Positions 12,615 to 24,383 of a stretch of 64,000 nt of DNA are shown here, piece after piece (position 1 is the first letter of the stretch; each line of letters starts with the position of its first letter). Where the stretch lies: the NCBI RefSeq assembly GCF_009914755.1, contig NC_060935.1, one strand, 5' to 3'. The DNA comes from the human T2T-CHM13v2.0 reference genome, Homo sapiens. Both the position numbers and the translations under genes were made by a program. The notes beneath the pieces are model-generated. The model ran no database searches and was not told the DNA's origin. It worked only from the letters and a program-made list of their open reading frames with translations.

Positions 12615-13090
12615 ATATTTTTATTGTGGTAAAATATATATAACATTAAATTTACCATTTTAATAACTTTAAAGTGTAATATCAGTGGCTTTAATAATGT
12701 TGTACAAGTAACATCACTGTCTATTCCAGAACTTATTTGTCATCCCAAATAGAAACTCCGTACCTATTACATAGCCACTCCCCATTTCTCCTTTCCCCTA
12801 CTCCCAGGCCCTGGAAACCACTAATCTGCTTTATGTCTCTATGATTTGCCTATTCTGGATATTTCATATAAATGGAATCAGGGGTTCAAACAAAAAAATT
12901 TGTGCATATTCATGGCAACTCTATTCACAATAGGGAAAAGCTGGAAATGGCCCAAATGTCCATTAACAGATAATTGAATAAACAAAATGTGATATATCCA
13001 TACAATGGAATATTGCTCAGCTATAAAAATGAATGAAATACTGATACATTCCACAATGTGGATGAACCTAGAAAATATTATTCTACGTTT
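12615..13090 (-). mobile_element. L1MB-like 3' end with an inverted 5' segment
   Basis: 12615-12880 is the L1 3' terminus on the minus strand; 12881-13087 is the adjacent upstream L1 sequence on the plus strand. Confidence 0.8.
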
Positions 13091-13239
13091 AAAAACATAG
13101 ATATTTATACTTCATCAAACCATTTTAACAGTGTACATCAACACAAACAGCTTAAGAAGATGAAATACATTTGAAAGGAACAAAAGATGCGGCAAAAAAT
13201 ACAACCTAAAACATTCATTATCTGGGACTGAGTTTATGC

Positions 13240-13600
13240 TAATTAAATTTAACAAGCATTTATTGAGTACTACTGGGAGTCAGGCACTATTCTATGTGCT
13301 AATGCTATAAACTGAATAAAAAACAGCCCTGATTTCAACAAAATGATGTCCTAGGAAAGATATAAACATGTCAATAAATAACTAACATGTTTAATATGCA
13401 TAGTGTATTATGCAGAACAATATATTCTGTGTTGTGAGACCCAGAGGAGGGAAAAACTAATTCTATCTGGAAAAATCAAGGAAAGATACAGAAAGGAGGT
13501 ATCATGTTTGTTTGGTCCTGAACTTTCAGTAGGGATTGTCAGGCAGGGAACTGAGGTACAATTGTGTTAGGGCAAGGAAGGGCAGAAAAGGAAAATGACT
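13240..13600 (-). mobile_element. L2 3' end
   Basis: 'aacaagcatttattgagtactact..caggcactattctatgtgct'. Confidence 0.75.
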
Positions 13601-13679
13601 TTAACCTTCCCCTTCCTTCTTGCTGACTCAGATCTCTATGGGTCTCACAATCGGCAATCTATGTTCCCATAAAGTGATA

Positions 13680-13756
13680 CTACATTGGTGCAAAAGTGAT
13701 TGGCGTTTTGCCATTACTTTCAATGGGAAACCGCAATCACTTCTGCACCAATGTAA
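13680..13756. mobile_element. MADE1 (Hsmar1-derived mariner MITE), the source family of miR-548
   Basis: 77-bp palindrome ttggtgcaaaagt..attactttcaatgg..tgcaccaa flanked by TA dinucleotides (13678-79, 13757-58). Confidence 0.95.
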
Positions 13757-14289
13757 TAACACTTTATCACGACAGTTTTGAAATAAGCTGAGAATAATTT
13801 TGATTTTATTTTTACAAAAAGACAAGTAGAGCCTTGTGGATGCTCGATGACAATAATTTTTGAATATTAGTAATGTCAATATTAGCTGACATTAATAACG
13901 TGTTCAATGCCACATTTTTGAGTACATTTTCATTGGTTTCTAAGAAGAAATCGGTTATAGATTTAATGATCTTTGTACATGAAAGGGAAAAATTTTACTG
14001 CTTGTTAGAATTATAATAATTTTAATTCAAAACACTTTTGTCTGGTCCTTTGAATGAATGACAGAGTTAGTCTACCATCTCTGACTCTGAATGCTCATAG
14101 TACAGAATGAGTACCCAAAACATGCAGTAGATGTGCCACTGTGCCTCCCTCTTGCCCCGTGACAGGTATGTCTAATTAATAATTATGGTCTTTGCTGATG
14201 AGCGCAGACATGCCTCTGAATGCCTATTCATATAGGCAGCCATACCATGATTAATCAGCAGCAATTGACAAAATTCTATTGCTATGTCT

Positions 14290-14510
14290 GTCAGAGAGGA
14301 GGCTATATTGGGGTTGGGAGTCAGAAGTTGTGGGTTTGAGGCCTAATTCTTTCTTTAGCAAGCTAAGTAACTTCTCTGAGCCTCAGTTGCTTCAGCAGGA
14401 AAATGCTATCAATATTGACTTTAAGGGTTGTAGGAGGATTGAATATGGTCACATGAATTAAAGGGCACAGCTCCAGTAACATAGTAGGTGCTCAATAAAT
14501 AAGTGTAGTA
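14290..14510 (+). mobile_element. MIR SINE
   Basis: 'aacttctctgagcctcagtt..ggttgtaggaggattga..atagtaggtgctcaataaat'. Confidence 0.8.
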
Positions 14511-14829
14511 AAATCAGGATCCTTTGACTTGCCTAGTTCTTTCTGCATCTTGCTTCAATGCATCTCTTTCTGTCCAAAAGAGAAATGACAGCTGTTCCTA
14601 TTATTGCCAGTGTTGCTGCCATTCTTGCTTTTACCCAAAGGAAAAAACAAGGAGCCATTTTCTGCTTCCTCTCTTTCAGCCTTTGTCACTAAATTCTGCC
14701 AATTTATTTGAGGCAACTCTAATTCTTTTCCCTCCTTTGAGCTGACCGAGCACTGCCCTGACACTGGTGTTGGTTCATAACTATATGCCTGCATTATTTC
14801 ATCAACTTCCTGTTTTTCCTTCCTTTATT

Positions 14830-15056
14830 CCGAGGTTTTTCAACCTCTGCACGATTAACATTTTGGGCTGAATGAGTCTTCATTGTGAAGGGCTCTTGGG
14901 TGCATCTTAGGATGTTTAGCAACATCCATGACCTCTACCTACTAGATCCCAGGAGCATTTCCTCAGTTGTGATGACCAAAAATGTCTCCAGACATTGCCA
15001 AATAGTTTCTGGTGGGTGGAGGAGGAAATAAATTGTCCTCAGTCGAGAACCATTGC
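14830..15056. mobile_element. MER20 (hAT-Charlie)
   Basis: 'ggatgtttagcaacatcc..ccaaaaatgtctccagacattgccaaat..gagaaccattg'. Confidence 0.88.
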
Positions 15057-15234
15057 TCTAATATTATTGTTTTAAATCATTTCACCAAGCTGAGAGATTA
15101 TCAATCAATGGTATTTTTGCTATGATATTTCTTCAAGGACTGTCAATAGATTTCCATTTCCCAAAGATGTTAATACCTTAGCCTAGTTGTCAAGTTTATC
15201 AATAATTGGCCCTAGTTATTTTTCTTTGAACTAG

Positions 15235-15400
15235 AACTTTTTAAAGTTTAATGCACCTATTAATCATAAAGTTATCTTTTTAAAATGAAAATTCTGCCTT
15301 AGTAGGTCTGGGTGAGGCCTGAGACATGGCATTTGGAAAAGTTCCCAGGTGGACTTGATGCTGCTGAACTACAGAGAACTTTGAGTCACAAAGCATTGAA
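15235..15400. mobile_element. MER5-like MITE
   Basis: 'agtaggtctgggtgaggcctgaga..cattt..ttcccaggtg..gatgctgctg..ctttgag'. Confidence 0.7.
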
Positions 15401-15409
15401 AGACCTCAA

Positions 15410-16025
15410 CCAAGTGCTTCAGTACCTGCTGAGTGTTCATAAAGGACCAGGTCCTGCTTAAGAGGAGCTCATAGAACAGCAGAAGGGAGAGAGAAATAAG
15501 CAAGTAACTATAATAAAAGTTGATACTTGTTATCATTGAGGTAGGATTACAAAGATATGAAGATGCAAGTAAGGGAGAAATTCATCCTACCTGGGGCTGA
15601 TAGGTGAGGGGTAAAGAGGAAATACCTGCAATGATTAGAGAAAGCTTTGATATGGAAGTGCTCCTTTATTTGGGCCTGTAAAATAGGTAGGTGGTCTATC
15701 AGGTGGAGAGGAAAGGGAGGTACCTTTCCTGGAAGTGAGAACAGCATGATCAAAAGCAGAGAGACATAAAAATGCAGGAACTGTGTTCAGTGTGGCTAGC
15801 ACCCAGGTTGGGACGGAAGAGGCTCAGTAAACTGCCTTCAGAAGCCTCTTGTCTGTCATACTATGTATTTGAGATTTATTATGTTAGCCAGGGGCTTTTT
15901 AAGTAGGAAAACAACATGATCAGGTGTTTGTGTTTGAAAGACCATGCTGACGGCCGTGTGGATGGTGGGTATAATGAGGAACATCCAGGAGTCAAGCCAA
16001 GCTGCTAGAGGTGAGCGTCTTAACT
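15410..16025 (-). mobile_element. L2 fragment
   Basis: 'ggaagtgagaacagcatgatcaaaagcagagag', 'catgatcaggtgtttgtgtttgaaagacc'. Confidence 0.7.
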
Positions 16026-16044
16026 AGGATGAGAGCAGCGGAGG

Positions 16045-16234
16045 CTGTGGTGAGCTGGAGCTGACTCACACCAGCCCACGAGCGTCGATGGGGGGCGTCT
16101 CTTCCCATAATCCACATGTAATCATGGTGGTAGCTTGAAATCAGCCACAGTGGGAATATACACCATGAAAAGTGGCAAATGCCAGAAATATTTCCCTGAG
16201 AGCCAGTTGTTAAGCATTTATTAGCACACCACTG
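16045..16234 (-). mobile_element. MER63-like hAT MITE
   Basis: 'gagagccagttgttaagcatttattagcacaccactg' terminus. Confidence 0.75.
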
Positions 16235-16528
16235 TGTGTCACTGAGGAAGCCAGCTGTGATAGCCACCTGGAGGTGATTTATTAGATGTGTCAGAATGAA
16301 GAACAAGAATACATCACAGATAACTTGCCCTTATTGGGCAATTGAGTTGATTCATTTATTCATACAATGCATATTGATTGAGGACCCCCTATACGCCTGG
16401 CATTGTTCCAAATACCTGTCCCTGTGGAGCTTACATTCTAGTAACATGATGTCATTAACTGAGAAAAGCTGCGGGCAGTGGAAGATACTTATTTTAGTCT
16501 GGGATACGGATGGTATATAGATGGAGTC

Positions 16529-16888
16529 TGATATGGTTTGGCTGTGCCCCCACCCAAATCTCCTGTTGAATTGTATAGTTCCCATAATCCCCACGAATCA
16601 TGGGAGGGACCTCTTAGGATGTGATTAGATTATGGGGGCAGTTCCCTCATGCTGTCCTCGTGATAGTGAGTTCTCACAAGATCTGATGGTTTTATAAGGG
16701 GGTTTCCCTCCCCCTCTTCACTCCGCATTTCTCGTTCCTGCCACCAGGTGAAGGACGTGTTTACTTCTCCTTCCGCCATGATTGTAAGTTTCTGGAGGCC
16801 TCCCCAGTCATGCTGAACTGTGAGTCAATTAAACCTGTTTCCTTTATAAATTACCCAGTCCCAGGCAGCATGAAAATGGACTAATACA
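16529..16888 (+). mobile_element. THE1-family solo LTR
   Basis: TGATATGGTTTGGCTGTG..GGACTAATACA termini with perfect 5-bp TSD GAGTC (16524-28 / 16889-93). Confidence 0.95.
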
Positions 16889-16929
16889 GAGTCTTTCAGG
16901 ATTAATAGAGAGTCTTTCAGTCATAAATG

Positions 16930-17170
16930 TGCAGCCATATCCTGTGCTATACTTTCTAGAACATTTCACATACAATTCTAATTAAGTGTTTACAGTAACT
17001 TTGTAGGGCAGATGGGAGAGGTAGCTGTTGCTCAGATGGGAAAAACTGAGGCTCAGCTATTTGAAGAGATTTGCTCAAAATCACAGAGCTAGTTAGTGTC
17101 GGAGTCAGGATTTGAGTCTCGGGTTTCTGACAATTAGCCTAGTCCTGCCTGCACAGTGCCCATTCTACTG
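16930..17170 (-). mobile_element. MIR SINE
   Basis: 'aaaactgaggctcag..tcacagagctagttagtg..ggatttgagtctc'. Confidence 0.8.
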
Positions 17171-19339
17171 TCTGCTCAATCATCATTATACAAATGATCA
17201 CTACAAATTATATGATGGGACCATCATAGAGACGTTCCCCTGCATCCTGACGCCATTTTCACCCTCAAAGTGCTTCCCTGGCTGTGATCTCAGTTCCTGC
17301 TCACAGCCCTAGGTGCTACTCCATGGTGCTCATTTGGGCTTGTTGCTAGGTGCAGCTGAGCTGAGAGTCACAGGCTCCCTGCTCCCTGCTGTAAGCCATG
17401 GTTGCTCTGATTATGCTAATAGTAGTTTTGTCTGCTGTTGCTATCAGAGACAAATCTCTCCCATTCCTGTTTCTGCTTCCCTTCCCCTGTGCCTGCTCCT
17501 GATTCCTTTCCATCTCACTAATTTCTGTCTCAAAATGATACACCATTACCTCAAGGATTTACTAAATAATAATAAGAAAAAACAGTAAAAATGGGTAGCA
17601 GTAGAATCTATATTTGTTGAATGATGAGTACAGTATCTATAAATACCTTCTTAAAATAGAACGAGACTCGTTCAAAAATTGTACTATAATATTATAAATA
17701 TTAAGTTCATAATATAATATTGAAAGAGGGAAATATAAGGTGTGATACAATGGACTTAGAAAATGGGGGCTCCAATTGCTCAAGAGTCAAGAGTTAATAA
17801 AACCAAATACCGCTCATGTCTGAGATAATTAAATGCTTTTCTGTAGGCATTTGGGTGAACACCCAGACAGAACAGGAACTATTTTCCAAATGGCATATCA
17901 CACTAACTTTCCAAAGTGCAGCTACTTTAACATAACTAGCTTTCCCTTTTTCTTTTGTAAAAGCATTTTTTGCGTGCACATGAGTATATGTCTGAATATA
18001 TATTTATATATGAGACTATATATATAGATATGAGTGTATCTAAAGCAGCTACAGTAGTGTTGCTTGGCTGAGTAGGAGGTGATACAGGACTGTGCTATTA
18101 GTGAGCGGGAGGTAGGAGGTGGCTATGGCTGATGGGCAGGCGTGTGAGGTAATTGCAGGGTAATACTGTCTGCAGGTATTTTTAGATGACACGAGAATGA
18201 GAGGATGTTGGTTGGTGGTGATGGTCTTTCTTCTTCTAGAACACAGTGATGAAACGCACATAATAAGAACATAAGGCTTGCCAATTTGGAGCAGACCTTT
18301 TGTCCATCCAGCCTAAACTATTGATGACAGAGTCATCAACAGCTGTGTTGTGGGAGAGTAGGTTTTTAATCTTCCTTGGCATCCAGCATAAATGTTAGGG
18401 ACTATGCCCTCAAAATCCTGGGTTTCCCTTAATAAGTCACTGTAGATGTGCCATCTTTTAATCTATTTCAATCTTTTAAATAAATGTTGGCTTGGGCTAT
18501 TTCTTGGGGAAGAAAGTGTTTCTTGGTTTGGCAAAGTTTGCTCTCCACTGCGTCAAGCAGAACGTCTTTAAATTATCTTCAACTTACTTGTTTTTTCTTA
18601 AGCTTTAAGGGGGCACATAAGTTATTTAGCTCTAAAATTCATTGCATTTTGTAGGATTCTAGCTTATCATCATGTTTTCCCTGTGAGAGATATACCAACT
18701 GTAATCAAATGAGATTATGAAGATGTAAGTGTTCTGGAAACTGTAAAATTTCTATAAAGTTACTGTCATTTTTACTCATGATCAAAACCTAGGAGTCTTC
18801 CCCGACTCACATCCATTTTCCAGATCCTAGTCATTTTGTCAAATAACTACCTACTAATGTAACATTGTTTTAAAATTTAAATGCTACATTCAATGGTGGA
18901 AGCTCTTTAGGATCTACATCCCTGAAAGGAACAAGATAATTAAAAATATTCGTTGGGACAAAACAGCCTGAACTTTCTCACATTGCATCTGCCATTCCTG
19001 TTGAATATGGGCAAGACCAAGTCTCTTTTATCTGGAAAGTCAATATCTGAGATATAGGTTTAAAAGCTCTTTCTTATTTCCTTTTACTATGAGAGCATTC
19101 TAAAGTGTGCTAGGAAAATTTAAACCAATATTTGTATTAGAATAGTACTTTAAAAAGCAAATTGCTCATATTGGTTGTTGAAGTACCCTTAAAGTAATTT
19201 GATGTATTGATATACTTTTACTTTTACATTTAAGTATTGCTTGTTTTTACATACAATCCTCCTATAACTTTGCCAGAGTTATAATTTATTTGTGTGTGTG
19301 TGTATGTGTAATTTAGTTTCAAGACTTGTTTTAGGCCCT

Positions 19340-20230
19340 GAATGTCTCTTGCTGGGCTTCACATCTCAGTAAATGGCACCTAGCTCCAAAGAGTCACTAG
19401 TGCAAAACCTACAAGTCTTCCACCTTCATATGCAAACAGTTTCCAGGTCCTGTACAGTCCATCCACTTTTCTCCATCTGCATTCCCACATCTTCAGTCCA
19501 AACTCTAATCTTTTTATGGTTTCCAGCAATAGAATCCAACTAGTCTCTTTGTATTCACTGTTGCTTTCCTCAATCCAGTCTCCAACTAGAGTAATTGTTT
19601 TTAAATACAAATTTGATGACATTCATTTCCTCCTTAAAAGGTTCATTCCTGCTTTTAGGTTGATACCCATTACTCTTACAGCAGTCTGTAAGGCTGGCAG
19701 GATCTGTTCTATATTCTGTTCTCCACCTTCTCTTCCCTCAGATACCAAGTTAATACTCCAGCCCCATAGACTTTCTCTTTCTTTTTCCATTGTGTCATTA
19801 AACATTCCTATCCCGTTTTTCTGGAATGCTCATCTCCTCCTCTGCATGAGGCATGCCCTGACATACATGGGCACACACACACATCCCTGTAGTCTTTACT
19901 GAGTTAACTCTTACTCACTGTTTCAGGCCTCTCCTTAAAAGGAACTTAGGAAGCCTGTGTTGACCACTCAATTCCCCAGACCTCCAGACTTATGTCTTCC
20001 AAGTCTTATCTGCTAATATCCACTTTCTAAGTTTCAATTAAAATACCCAGAGCAATTCTAAATATATAGTTTCTCTGTGATTCGTGTATGTCTCTCTTTC
20101 CTTCTAGACCAGAGGCTCAGTGAGGGCAAATAACTCTTCTGGTTTACTGCTGTATCCCTAGCACTTAACATTGGTCCTCATCCATTATGGCCATCCATTC
20201 AATAGTTATTTATTGGATTGACAAATGATT
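19340..20230 (+). mobile_element. L2 3' region
   Basis: 'atctcagtaaatggcacc', 'ctagaccagaggctcagtgagggca', 'ctgctgtatccctagcactta'. Confidence 0.75.
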
Positions 20231-20699
20231 GTTCTTTAAATATTACAGTTGTCTCTTCTAATGGAATCTCTTTCTAACCTATTGTTAAGGCACTCTGTAG
20301 TATCAAGATAATCAAGTGGTTTCTCTTTCAGGTAAATACCAAAGTCATATGCCTCAGATCGCACCACCATCAACCTGTGAGAAAATAATGTTAATATCAC
20401 TGGCTTGCACCTAGAAAACCTCAGTCATCCTAAATGACTTTATTTAAAGCTTTCTTGAAATACACAAGGACTACAGTATTTTATTGGAGAACATTTTTTA
20501 TACAGTTTCTTAGGTCATTTGGCTTTCTCATTCTACCATTTGCCTTGTCAAAAAATTTAGTTTGTCTATAGAATGGTCTTTAATTCAGGAATTACAACAT
20601 TATTTAACATGCATAAATCAATCCATTTATTTATTTACTTATTTATAATTTTTGGTATTTATTCCATGGACTGCTCAGCAGAATGTATTTCCTTCTTTC

Positions 20700-20845
20700 T
20701 TTTGGGGGTATATCCATATTTATATAATCTATATTTATATCTATATGAAATCTCTCTCTCTATATATAAATTAATTAAAATTATTTTTATAAAATATATA
20801 TTCATAGATTTATATATATTTAAATATATATAAAATACATATTTT
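20700..20845. repeat. AT-rich low-complexity tract
   Basis: Degenerate (TA)n. Confidence 0.85.
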
Positions 20846-20856
20846 AAACTTACTGA

Positions 20857-20989
20857 TTTTTTATTTTTTGTAGAGATGAGGTCTCACTATGTTGCTCAGG
20901 CAGGTCTTGAACACCTGGGCTTAATAAGTGATCCTTTCATCTCAGCCTCCCAGAGCACTGGGATTACAGGTGTGAGCCACTGTGCCCAG
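20857..20989 (-). mobile_element. FLAM_C / Alu left monomer
   Basis: Single Alu arm 'gtagagatgaggtctcactatgttgctcagg..gggattacaggtgtgagccactgtgcccag'. Confidence 0.88.
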
Positions 20990-21105
20990 GAATAAATCAG
21001 TCCTTAAGTCCCTGGCACTTATAATATTGGAATATATAGGCTTAATATGCCCAGCATGCACATTCTCTCTTCAGAAGACTAAGTTTTTTGACACTAGTAA
21101 AGTGG

Positions 21106-21408
21106 TTTTTTTATTTAAACAAGGATAGGCCTTAAAGAGCAATAAATCAGTAGCTGTTGTCCCTTCAAGAGTCACATATTTGTTGCTGTCTTTTGGAGTT
21201 AACTCATCCTATCGGCACTAGCAGCATACGTGAGTGAATGAATAAAATGAGGAATGTATAAATTTAGGCAAAAAAGCAAATTAGAAGGCAATGAGTTTAT
21301 TGTTTTCTGTAGCCAAGTTATGGAATCCCTAATTGCCCTTGTACTCTGCAAGTCTGTTAATAAATACAACAGTTTCCTGGCCAGAATTAGATTAGTGACA
21401 CTGAGTGG
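21106..21408 (+). repeat. Arm 1 of a ~300-bp inverted duplication
   Basis: Its reverse complement aligns to 24076-24383 with 17 substitutions and 2 single-base indels by my count, excluding the A-tract length difference. Confidence 0.97.
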
Positions 21409-21899
21409 AGACTTCTTCACCTGGCAGAACCTTCTTGTCCCCAACCAATAGAAGGGAGTTAGGAAATTATGTCTTCCCCAAGAGGACTTTCTCGTAATTG
21501 TGCCTGGAAGGGATGTTTTGACGGCAATAAAAAACATTACAGAATTATGAAAATGATGATGAAATTTTTTAAGGAAAAAATGGTTTCTAAATCTCCCCTA
21601 GGCATTTTGAGAAAATATTTTGATATGTAGTCTATGATGTCAAACTCTGGCTTCTTAATGATTAGTATAAATGGTCATGAAGAGGCCAGTTTTTTTTCTT
21701 ACAATAGCCACCAAGGCTGGCAGGATCCAGCCTGCATCCAAGAAAATTGTATTTTCAGGTCACCCTTCCTTCCTCTTCCCATGTTCCTTCATGTTGTTGA
21801 CTAAAGCCTGCTGAAATAAAACTTTTATCAGGCCCCAAACCAAAGCTACTTCTTCCATAAGAGAATTTTACTTTGGGTTGATATTTAACTAGAAGTGAC

Positions 21900-22200
21900 A
21901 AGAAAATATTTAGTGGAAGGGACATGAGATTTTATGTCAGAAAATGTGGGTTTGAGTTCTGACTACTCCTACTGCACGCACCATTTTGGCCTGCTCCTTA
22001 GCAATTCTGATCCTTCCTTCCTTCCTTCCTTCCTTCTTTCCTTCCTTCCTTTCTTTTTTTTCCCTAAAAGAAGACCAATGCTAGAACCTGTCTTACAGGG
22101 TTATTATAATAAAAAGGTGTGATAATGGATATAAAAAATGCTTGATAAACTGAAAAAAGTTCTACATTTGTTAGTTACCATTGTCATTAATTAGCAACAT
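21900..22200 (+). mobile_element. MIR interrupted by a (CCTT)n tract (22011-22063)
   Basis: 'gtgggtttgagttctgactact', 'cctgtcttacagggttattat'; (CCTT)n repeat. Confidence 0.7.
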
Positions 22201-22488
22201 AGACCATTTATGCTATTGGCAATTACTAGGGCATCTGATCATAAATTTAGCATCAGCCAAATGCTCTCCAAAGACAGCTGACATTTAAATAAACATGTCA
22301 ATTATCTGTGGAACTGGAGGCTTTATATTCTATCTCTGTATTAAGTCAAGCAAATTATTTGAACTATATTATTTATATTATTCTGTAGAAATATCCTAGG
22401 TGACTTTTAGTTTATGATACTCTGTGATTTTATAAAGATTTGATATTAAAATTATCCACTTAATATAGACTTTCTCTATTTTTTGTAG

Positions 22489-22576
22489 ACCTGGGGCTAA
22501 AGATAGCACCCATAATGCTGTTGTTAAACAGCATCCTTTTTGCTAGGATAAATAAATTCTTGATTCTAAATCCAAG
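22489..22576 (+). other. Candidate 88-nt internal exon (probably non-coding RNA)
   Basis: Acceptor tttctctattttttgtAG with a branch-like 'cttaat' ~26 nt upstream; perfect donor AAG|GTAAGT. No transcript evidence is available. Confidence 0.4.
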
Positions 22577-23261
22577 GTAAGTTTTGACTGCACCTAGATT
22601 TAAGTCCTTCCTTATGACAGGAAATAAGACTGCTATGATTTCATGGCTTTTTTTTTTGCATTTTTGTCAAATTTATTAGACTGTTTAGAGCTAAATTTTG
22701 TAAAATTTAATGGAATGTCTGCCCAATCTATTCATTTAAGTACACAGGAACATCTTTCCCTTGAAATTGCTCTTGGTGAAGGGAATACCTGGTTTTCTTT
22801 AAGTCACATTGTATATTAGCCAATAAGTTGCTTTCAGTTGTTTTGCGTTCAGTGGAGTGTAAATCTTAAATACATAAATAACTACAGTCAGGGCAAAGAT
22901 GCTATATAATTCAGATTTCATATGTCTTAATGAGTATATTCAATTCTATATCCCTTTGGGACTCAACCTGATGAAAAGAAAATTTCATTGTAGTTTACAA
23001 TAGTAAGAGTGAGTAGTTATGCAATAAAGCTTTACTACCTCCCCCAAAAAATCCACATTTCAAAGAAATGTCATGGTTGAGACCTTTTACCTCTTTCAAT
23101 TGCTCCTCCCCACTTCTCCCACTTTTAAAAATCACAAACATTGGTTTTTCTTTTCTATGTCTATAGAATATTCACACTTAATACTTCCCATATCTCCTCA
23201 GCTCTAGACAGGGGTCTCTTGACTGCATCCTGGCTCCTCTAGTGGTTTCTCTGTTATCTAG

Positions 23262-23600
<339 letters not shown>

Positions 23601-24075
23601 AAGAGTCAACCTCTTGAGCTGGACTTTCTTATCTTACTATCAATCTCCGAAGGCCACATTCTTTTAAGCACTTGTGTTTTAAGAAAGATAAAAGAGAATT
23701 TGATCCATCTTAATATGCCTTGAGGTTTACATCTTACTGAGGCTAATTTTGTTAACTTTTTAGATTATCCTTTCTTGTGTCAAAGGATTCAAGGTCCAAT
23801 GAAGTCCTATCTGTAAAAGAAGCTACATCCATCTGGTGTTTAAAAAACAATGAAAATATTATAACCAGATATTTTAAAACTTAGAAAAGTTTTTATTTCA
23901 TTTATTTCATTAAACATTTTGGAGCAACGTATTAGACACTTGGGATACAAAATTGTATCAGTTATAGTTTTACCCTTAAAGAGTTCACTAGCTCACAGTT
24001 GTCATTGCTATTAGCACCTAGCTCAATAGCTGATATATAATATGCAACCAAACAATGGTCACTAAATGACACTGA

Positions 24076-24383
24076 CCACTCAGTGTCACCAATCAAATTT
24101 TGGCCAGGAAACTGTTGTATTTATTCAATAGACTTTCAGAGTAGAAGGGCAATTAAGGATTCCATAACTTGGCTACAGAAAACAATATACTCATTGCCTT
24201 CTAATTTGCTTGTTTTGCCTAAATTTCTACATTCCTCATTTTATTCATTCAGTCATGTATGCTGTTAGTTCTGATAGGATGAGTTAACTCCAAAAGACAG
24301 CAACAAATAGGTGACTCTTGAAGGGACAACAGCTACTGATATACTGCTCTTTAAGGCCTATCCTTGTTTAAATAAAAAAAAAA
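24076..24383 (-). repeat. Arm 2 of the ~300-bp inverted duplication
   Basis: See arm 1; ORFs 21199-21537(-) and 24083-24268(+) share the peptide RAI.DSITWLQKTI.SLPSNLL. Confidence 0.97.

Noticed and set aside
24371-24383. AATAAA plus A-tract suggesting arm 2 is a retrocopy
   Set aside because: The A-tract already exists in arm 1 (T-run 21106-21112) and no direct TSD flanks arm 2.
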